Assembly (NCBI GenBank): GCA_943349945.1
Contig: CALQZS010000002.1
Span: forward strand, 115,750-179,749
DNA from: Candidatus Nomurabacteria bacterium
GTDB lineage: Bacteria; Patescibacteriota; Minisyncoccia; Phycocordibacterales; SBAW01
Reading direction: 5' to 3'
DNA length: 64,000 nt
Part shown: positions 57,911-64,000 of the stretch, piece after piece
How the letters are laid out: the number at the start of each line of letters is the position of its first letter
Position numbering within the stretch: position 1 is the stretch's first letter
Program-made: the position numbers and the translations under genes
Notes under the pieces: model-generated
Databases searched by the model: none
The model's input: only the letters and a program-made list of their open reading frames with translations
What the model was told of the DNA's origin: nothing

Positions 57911-58957
57911 ATGGAAACAACCCGAGAAATCCCGTTTGTGCACATGAGCGGCTCTCCTAAAGAACGCGGAGTGGCTCATGGAACCGCAGTAGCATCACGT
58001 ATTGCAGACAATATTGCATTTTATAAGAGACTTTTAAAATTAGATGAGGGTGTTCGTGTTGCTCAGTCAAACAAATTCGCCTCCATTGTAGAATCCTTCA
58101 ACCCTGCCCTTAAAGAAGAGATGGACGGTATTGCAGAGGGCGCAAAAGTTGATCCGACAGATATTTACATGCTCAATGCTCGTACAGAGCTTTTGAGCAT
58201 GAGCGGCGTTGTACAAAGCGAATGCGCAACCTTCTTTTTTGGCAAAAGCGGACTTTTGTTTGAAAACTGGGACTGGTCAGAGCCATCCAAAGACATGACC
58301 GTGCTGCTTTCTATCGAACTACAAAATGGCAACAAAATACTAACCTTTACGGAAGCCGGCATGGTGGGCAAGGTGGGGATGTCTTCCGCTGGTTTTGGGG
58401 TTGCGTTTAACTATCTCTACCCTACAGGTGTCTTGGACGGAGTACCCATCCACGCCCTACTTCGCACATTATTGGAAGCAGATTCTTTTAAAGATGCCGT
58501 AGAATTGCTTTCTAAAAGCCAGTACAAGGGCACGAGCGGCAATATCCTCCTTGCGAACGCAGAAGGCCAAGCCATTGATTTTGAACTTTCAGGATCAAGC
58601 ATTAGCAGTATACCTATGACCGGCAACTCCATTGCGCACACTAATCACTACTTGGGCGGCACCGTTAATGACCCTGAGGCTGGTATGGGATTCCTCAACA
58701 ACTCATACGACCGCTATGCCCGCGCAGAGACAATACTAAAAGAAACAACTCAGTACGGGGTTGCAGAAGCAAAAAAGATTTTGACTGACCGCGCCACAGG
58801 AAACGGCATGCTCTGCCGTGACTTTATCCCAGAAGAACCCGGCCACACTCCAACTGGGACTATTGCAAGCATGGTCATGGATCTCCCAAACAAAACGCTA
58901 CACATCACACTCGACCCACAAGAAACTGGTTTGGAGTTTGTCACCTATACCCTATAG
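57911..58957 (+). CDS. Ntn-hydrolase, acyl-CoA:6-APA acyltransferase / peptidase C45-like protein
   Basis: 348 aa. Architecture, including a candidate Cys nucleophile (SECATFFFGKSG), resembles the C45/AAT family. About 45% GC. Weak call. Confidence 0.45.
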   Translation: METTREIPFVHMSGSPKERGVAHGTAVASRIADNIAFYKRLLKLDEGVRVAQSNKFASIVESFNPALKEEMDGIAEGAKVDPTDIYMLNARTELLSMSGVVQSECATFFFGKSGLLFENWDWSEPSKDMTVLLSIELQNGNKILTFTEAGMVGKVGMSSAGFGVAFNYLYPTGVLDGVPIHALLRTLLEADSFKDAVELLSKSQYKGTSGNILLANAEGQAIDFELSGSSISSIPMTGNSIAHTNHYLGGTVNDPEAGMGFLNNSYDRYARAETILKETTQYGVAEAKKILTDRATGNGMLCRDFIPEEPGHTPTGTIASMVMDLPNKTLHITLDPQETGLEFVTYTL

Positions 58958-59013
58958 ATTAGGAAACTCAATATCAAAAAAAGAGGCCCCACACAAACTG
59001 TGTGGGGCCTTTG

Positions 59014-59973
59014 TTACTCGAAGGAGTATCCTTCTCCTTCCTTCTCAGCTCTCTCAGCCGCAGAGTACAGGATGATATCTCCTGCTCCGTGATGTAGAGA
59101 CTTGCTGAAGTTCTCGATCAAGTGCTTGAAGTGGTCTTTGTAGACGCTAAATGCTGCGCACGTTTCGAAGTCGGACGTGGTGCGTTTACCGCTCCACGCA
59201 TAGATGGCTCGAACCGCGCCCAACAACATGAGTTTGTCGAGAACGCACCCGAACGTGCGAGCCATGAGGTGTTCCGTGACCGCCCCAGCTTCTTCTGTGG
59301 GGAGACCTGTGGCTCGATGGAACTCGAGAGACGATTGCTGGAAGGCAACTTCGCGATAGGTCCACGTACCCGTAGGCACGTAGATGCGCTTCCTGCCTGT
59401 AGTATTCCACACCGTTTCCGAACCGTTGGTGCAGTCCCCCACAACAAGCTTGAGTTCTTCTTCACGAACATGCGCGTCGATAGCTGCCTGCATGAGCGAG
59501 CACGTAAACAGCTCACGCATGAGGCCAAATCGGCGGTGAGTATTTCGCGTTGCCGCATACGTCCCCACAAACACCGACTGCCCTTTGCCCATACTGATTA
59601 AGAATCCAGCATGAGCGGCCACAATCTCGTTGGTACACGCCTCGATTGCAATAAACAGCCGGTAGCGAGTAAGCTTACCCAACAACACTGCGCCTTCGAG
59701 GTTCGTCCTGAAGCGAGACAGGGCTTCCACTTCATTGGCAGCGAGATGCTGACAAAAAAGATTATGCGCAACCTCGACTTCGTCCGGCGCAGCCATTCGC
59801 ACCGTGAACACGGATCCATCGCGCGACAAATCGCACTCCGGCAACAATCCTTGGTCTCGAGCACTCTTAGAGGCTCGCTGCAGACCCATAATCGCCTCCC
59901 ATACGGAAGACTGAGAGATCATGGATTCAGCCGCCAGGCGCCACGAGTCAAGCGGTTTTTTGTCTATGTGCAT
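59014..59973 (-). CDS. Hypothetical protein (319 aa)
   Basis: Long ORF convergent with the C45-like gene. No motif recognised. Confidence 0.45.
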   Translation of the reverse strand: MHIDKKPLDSWRLAAESMISQSSVWEAIMGLQRASKSARDQGLLPECDLSRDGSVFTVRMAAPDEVEVAHNLFCQHLAANEVEALSRFRTNLEGAVLLGKLTRYRLFIAIEACTNEIVAAHAGFLISMGKGQSVFVGTYAATRNTHRRFGLMRELFTCSLMQAAIDAHVREEELKLVVGDCTNGSETVWNTTGRKRIYVPTGTWTYREVAFQQSSLEFHRATGLPTEEAGAVTEHLMARTFGCVLDKLMLLGAVRAIYAWSGKRTTSDFETCAAFSVYKDHFKHLIENFSKSLHHGAGDIILYSAAERAEKEGEGYSFE

Positions 59974-60076
59974 GTGCTTCCCCTCTAGACCCTTAGTAAG
60001 GGCATTTGATGGTAAACGTACTGGAAAAAACTATATAGTATATATAAAAATATGTCAAGTTTGCCTGTGTATAACC

Positions 60077-60754
60077 CTATTCTGGCTTACTTCGACTCCC
60101 CTCCTTCCACGCGTCCATCTGGGCATGATTGCCCGAAAGCAGCACCTTGGGCACCCGGTATTTTTTTCCTTTATGTTCAAAAATCTCTGGCCTTGTGTAG
60201 GTCTCGTGGCTAGCGACCCGCCCCTCTTCGAGCGACTCAAATTTGCCCAGCACGCCGGGGATTTGTCTGGCCGTTGTATCGATAATAGTAAGTGCCGGCA
60301 ACTCGCCGCCAGTTAAAATGTAGGGACCAACAGACACTTCTTTTGCTTTGAGAATTTTCTTAACGCGCGCATCTATCCCCTCGTAGCGTCCGCACAAAAT
60401 AACTACGTCTTTTTGTGTAGAAAGCTTTTTAGCATATGCATTGGTCAGCGGCACACCACCCGCCGCAGTAATAAGCACCGTGACTTTTTTATGTTTCTTG
60501 CGCAAAGCTTCCACGGCACGCACAAACGGCTCGGCCTGCAGCACCATGCCGGGCCCACCACCGTAGGGCCGCTCATCTGCCTTGCCCCACTTATTCATCA
60601 CAAAGTCGCGCAGCTGGTAGCTTTTTATCGTTAATAATTTTTCCCTCGGCCGTGCCCGGCCTACGGGCGAGGCCTTTTGTGCACGACCCAAAATAGACGC
60701 ACTCGCGTAGGCGTCTATCACTTCGGGGAATAATGTTACAACGTGGAAGTTCAT
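60077..60754 (-). CDS. trmD: tRNA (guanine37-N1)-methyltransferase
   Basis: 225 aa. SPOUT-knot motifs, GRYEGIDARV region. Confidence 0.9.
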   Translation of the reverse strand: MNFHVVTLFPEVIDAYASASILGRAQKASPVGRARPREKLLTIKSYQLRDFVMNKWGKADERPYGGGPGMVLQAEPFVRAVEALRKKHKKVTVLITAAGGVPLTNAYAKKLSTQKDVVILCGRYEGIDARVKKILKAKEVSVGPYILTGGELPALTIIDTTARQIPGVLGKFESLEEGRVASHETYTRPEIFEHKGKKYRVPKVLLSGNHAQMDAWKEGSRSKPE

Positions 60755-61200
60755 AGAATATCTCGATATTTATCGAACGAAAGTTCGAAGTGTTTGTGTA
60801 GCGGCTCCTCAAAAGCCTCAAGCTCTGCCAAGGTCACCCACCGCACGCCATCACATTTGTGTGGCTCACCAATTTTTACCTGGCCCGGGTCAACATGGAC
60901 TTTAAAGTCAAACATTATCCAGTGGGTTTGTACCCCTTCTTGCTCTCGCAAGATATCACGGTATCCAATAAATTCCACCGCAAGCGGCGTGGCACAATAC
61001 TCTTCTTTAATTTCGCGACGCAAACCGTCTTCTACCTTCTCTCCAAACTTCAATCCGCCTCCGCCATTCTCCCAGGTTTCTTGTTCGTCCCGTGCGTTTT
61101 TTGACCGCTTAGAAATTACATACTTCCCCGCCCCATCGTGGCAGTAAAAACTCACTCCTGTTCGTATAATGCCGTCCATAGATATAAAAATCCGCACCAT
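60751..61200 (-). CDS. NUDIX hydrolase
   Basis: Nudix box GGGLKFGEKVEDGLRREIKEEYC. 4-nt overlap with trmD. Confidence 0.75.
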   Translation of the reverse strand: MVRIFISMDGIIRTGVSFYCHDGAGKYVISKRSKNARDEQETWENGGGGLKFGEKVEDGLRREIKEEYCATPLAVEFIGYRDILREQEGVQTHWIMFDFKVHVDPGQVKIGEPHKCDGVRWVTLAELEAFEEPLHKHFELSFDKYRDIL

Positions 61201-61230
61201 TACTATAGCGCGGATTTTTGTATTCGTGTC

Positions 61231-61593
61231 TTAAAGATTGTCGAGACTGCCCATCGCTTCGTCTATCGACTTCATCGTAGGAGATGCCGAGACTCCTTCT
61301 GCGTGGCTGCCGTCCCAACCGGTGTCGGCCGAGCTCTTGATGCCGCCTGCTGGTTCGTTTATTTTGAGGTTTACGCGAGCGTTATGCTTCATCCCCACTA
61401 CGCGCAGCAGTGTACGGATTGCTTTGGCGGTGTTGCCCGAGCGGCCAATCACCTTACCCATATCTTCTGGACTCAAGTCCAGTGTAAGCAGCACGCCCAT
61501 CTCGTCGACTGTGCGGTTAATCTTTACTTCTTCTGGATGCTCTACCAAACCTTTGACTACAAACTCCAAAAATTCTTGGTCTCTCTCTGCCAT
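61231..61593 (-). CDS. KH-domain RNA-binding protein (YlqC/UPF0109-like) with C-terminal extension
   Basis: GKVIGRSGNTAKAIR KH motif. Sits in the rpsP-trmD operon. Confidence 0.65.
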   Translation of the reverse strand: MAERDQEFLEFVVKGLVEHPEEVKINRTVDEMGVLLTLDLSPEDMGKVIGRSGNTAKAIRTLLRVVGMKHNARVNLKINEPAGGIKSSADTGWDGSHAEGVSASPTMKSIDEAMGSLDNL

Positions 61594-61631
61594 GTCAGTA
61601 TATTTAGTTTACTAAAAGCCCTGAGTTTAGT

Positions 61632-62042
61632 TTAGGCAGCAGGTGCTTCTTGTGCAACTGAGTTATCCTCTGTTTGCGCAACCTCCTCTGCGGGAGTCTC
61701 TACTTGTGCGGCAGCCTCTGGTGCTGGTGCTTCTGGCTCTGCCACCACTTCTTTTGCGGCAACAGTCTTCTTTGGAAGTACGTTGATTTTTTTAGCGTCG
61801 ATTATTTTTTGAGACACAAGGAGGTTGTGCACAGTGTCTGATGCTTGTGCGCCGTTTTTGAGCCAGTGGAGCACGCGGTCGCCCTTGATTTCTACACGGT
61901 CTGCACGAGGGTCGTACGAGCCAACCATCTCCAAATAGTTACCAGTTTTAGGCTTCTTTTTTGAGTCAACGACAACAACCCGGAAACTCGGGTCGTTCTT
62001 TCTGCCGCGACGCTGTAGGCGAATGTTTATCACGTAGCCCAC
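61632..62042 (-). CDS. rpsP: 30S ribosomal protein S16 with C-terminal Ala/Glu-rich extension
   Basis: MGYVINIRLQRRGRKNDPSFRVVVVDS… canonical S16 N-terminus. Confidence 0.9.
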   Translation of the reverse strand: MGYVINIRLQRRGRKNDPSFRVVVVDSKKKPKTGNYLEMVGSYDPRADRVEIKGDRVLHWLKNGAQASDTVHNLLVSQKIIDAKKINVLPKKTVAAKEVVAEPEAPAPEAAAQVETPAEEVAQTEDNSVAQEAPAA

Positions 62043-62081
62043 TGTAGCAGCCTATGGTAAAAAGTCAACAACTACGCTATA

Positions 62082-64000
62082 GTGGGGCCTATTGTGGGCA
62101 CAAAACACGTCTCTGGCATCCTCCAAGTAACTCGCAAAGCCGTAGGATATTTGGCATTCCCTATTGAGGCCGGAGTCAAGAAAACACTCGAAGATATCGA
62201 GGTAGGCCCCGAGCATTTAGGTGGTGCGCTCAATGGCGACACTGTGTCTGTCGAAGTAACCGGCACCTCGCCGCGCACCAAAGGCAAAGTCACAAAGGTA
62301 GAGAAGCGCGCAAAGACAGAATTTGTGGGCACACTCAAACACATCAATGACCAATGGGTGGTGTTGGCAAGTGATATTAAATTTTATCGCCCCATACACG
62401 TCGCGCATCCACCCAAAGATGCCGCAGCAGGTGCAAAGGTGCTTGTGGAGCTTTTGTCTTTTGATGGTACACGCGACCCAGAGGGCAAGGTAGTCGAGGT
62501 TATAGGCCTCGCCGGCGAACACCGCGCCGAGATGAACGCCATTGTACTTGAGCACGGATTTAAAACCGAGTTCCCACCAGAAGTCACTGCTGAGGCACAA
62601 AAAATCGAAAAAGAGCACGCAGCCATAATCGCAAGCGAGCTCCCCAACCGTGCCGACTTCCGCGACACCACCACCATGACCATCGACCCTTTGGATGCAA
62701 AGGACTTTGACGACGCGCTATCGCTGCGCAAACTCGAAAACGACGAGTGGGAGGTCGGGGTGCACATAGCGGACGCAACCTTTTTTGTCCGCCCGGGTAC
62801 CGCACTCGACGACGAGGCCGTAAAGCGCGGCACGTCTGTATACTTGGTAGACGCAACCATACCCATGCTCCCGCTCGAGCTCTCGGGCAACGTGTGTAGT
62901 TTGCGCGAAGGAGAAGACCGCCTGGCCTTCTCTGCCGTGTTTCGTATCAACCAAAAGGGGCAGGTATTGGATCGCCGCTTTACCAAGTCGGTCATACGCT
63001 CAAACAAACGCTTTACCTACGAAGAGGCGCAGCAAATTTTGAATGATGCAGATGCCAACAAAAACCCTGACTCCCCTTTTACACAAGATTTGCTGACGCT
63101 GCGTGCTTTGTCCCGCATTTTGCGCAAAGAGCGCAACGAAGAGGGTGCTATAGACTTTGGCGACAATGAAGTGAAGTTTATCCTTGATGAAAAAGGCGTA
63201 CCCACCGGCGTGGTACGCAAAGAGCGCATCGAGACTAACCAACTTATCGAAGAGTTTATGCTTTTGGCAAACCGCGAGGTGGCCGCCTACATATCCAAGC
63301 TGGCAGAAAATGTCCCCGAAAAAGGCTTGGTCTTTTTGTATCGCATCCACGACACCCCAAAGGAAGACCGCATAGAGGAGCTTGCCACCTTTGTGCACGC
63401 TATTGGGTATGAGTTTGGCCAGATGAAGTCTAACAAAGGCAAACACAAATATTCTGCCCGCGACATAGCGCACCTGCTTAAACAAATAGAGGGTAAACCC
63501 GAGGAGCATTTGATCCGCACCGCGACGCTCCGCACCATGGCCAAGGCTATATACTCGACCAAGAACATCGGCCACTTTGGTTTGGCTTTTGAGTATTACA
63601 CACACTTTACCTCGCCTATACGCCGCTACCCCGACATGCTCGTGCACCGCATCCTCGAGAGCCACTTAAATGGCAAGCCTATGAGCCGCCGCGAGTTTAC
63701 CAACCTCGAGAGCATGTGCATCACTGCCAGCGAACAAGAAGCAAAAGCAGTTTCTGCGGAGCGCGACTCTATTCGCTACAAACAGGTAGAGTATTTGAGC
63801 AGCAAAATTGGCCAAGAGTTTGACGTTGTCATTTCTGGAGTAACCGAGTGGGGCTTGTATGTAGAAGACCTCGTGAGCGCCTCGGAAGGCTTGGTGCGTG
63901 TGCGCACCATAGGCGACGACTTTTATAACTACAATCAAAAAGAGTATGCGTTAGTAGGCCAGCGGACAAAAAAAGCCTTCACCTTGGGTGACAAGGTGAA
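62082..64000 (+). CDS. rnr: Ribonuclease R / RNase II-family exoribonuclease (partial, runs off the window end)
   Basis: Frame +3 is open from about 62061 to the window end. RNB-domain motifs are present (TMTIDPLDAKDFDDALS, VHIADATFFV). It is absent from the ORF track, apparently because it has no stop in the window. Probable GTG start. Confidence 0.8.
   Translation, partial: MGPIVGTKHVSGILQVTRKAVGYLAFPIEAGVKKTLEDIEVGPEHLGGALNGDTVSVEVTGTSPRTKGKVTKVEKRAKTEFVGTLKHINDQWVVLASDIKFYRPIHVAHPPKDAAAGAKVLVELLSFDGTRDPEGKVVEVIGLAGEHRAEMNAIVLEHGFKTEFPPEVTAEAQKIEKEHAAIIASELPNRADFRDTTTMTIDPLDAKDFDDALSLRKLENDEWEVGVHIADATFFVRPGTALDDEAVKRGTSVYLVDATIPMLPLELSGNVCSLREGEDRLAFSAVFRINQKGQVLDRRFTKSVIRSNKRFTYEEAQQILNDADANKNPDSPFTQDLLTLRALSRILRKERNEEGAIDFGDNEVKFILDEKGVPTGVVRKERIETNQLIEEFMLLANREVAAYISKLAENVPEKGLVFLYRIHDTPKEDRIEELATFVHAIGYEFGQMKSNKGKHKYSARDIAHLLKQIEGKPEEHLIRTATLRTMAKAIYSTKNIGHFGLAFEYYTHFTSPIRRYPDMLVHRILESHLNGKPMSRREFTNLESMCITASEQEAKAVSAERDSIRYKQVEYLSSKIGQEFDVVISGVTEWGLYVEDLVSASEGLVRVRTIGDDFYNYNQKEYALVGQRTKKAFTLGDKV

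Noticed and set aside
63000-63665. 221-aa and other minus-strand ORFs at the window end
   Set aside because: They lie antisense to the clearly conserved RNase R reading frame (RNB motifs on plus). The real gene is missing from the ORF track only because it has no stop inside the window.
1-64000. CRISPR array
   Set aside because: No stretch shows regularly spaced direct repeats of 24-48 nt with unique spacers. The repeats I found are single pairs or palindromes.

Overview
This 64 kb window looks like it comes from a small, streamlined bacterial genome of about 50-55% GC. A Patescibacteria/CPR-like affiliation is my inference only; the supporting traits are few strong Shine-Dalgarno sites, many small proteins, a DUF5679-like mini zinc ribbon, a tRNA-embedded group I intron, and rimM missing from the rpsP-trmD operon. 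The backbone is housekeeping. It includes lysK-greA; pbp2-mreD-mreC-mreB-proS; frr-rseP; nth; holB plus a second mreB paralog and murA; def-fmt and hpf; class I RNR nrdA/nrdB; truB and hisS; the dnaG-rpoD operon; a single 2277-codon in-frame rpoB-rpoC fusion; rpsP-KH-nudix-trmD; and a partial RNase R. Accessory material sits between these blocks. (1) A roughly 5.7 kb island (18.9-24.6 kb) of co-oriented small hypothetical genes. Each has its own terminator, and they reuse the same promoter and terminator flanks. The island also holds a ParB-like protein, a NUDIX gene and a 28-mer resembling conserved 16S rRNA, and it abuts a tRNA. (2) That tRNA, tRNA-Asn(GUU), is split in its anticodon loop by a 230-nt group I intron with clear P7/R/S core elements. 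An AT-rich HNH endonuclease gene lies next to it. (3) An ATP-grasp ligase sits next to a GC-rich 357-aa unknown protein. (4) A mannoside-phosphorylase-like cluster: PMI-type cupin, a membrane-anchored GH130, a tandem double GH130 and a PMM-like HAD-IIB. (5) A 0.8 kb insertion next to truB, flanked by ~90 bp direct repeats that duplicate the truB 3' end. (6) A 17-nt perfect palindrome present at two loci. (7) A MarR/PNPOx/MFS module, a SET-domain protein and an Ntn-hydrolase-like gene pair. No CRISPR array, rRNA gene, integrase or transposase was seen. All calls rest on motifs I read in the translated ORFs and on synteny; nothing was searched against a database.
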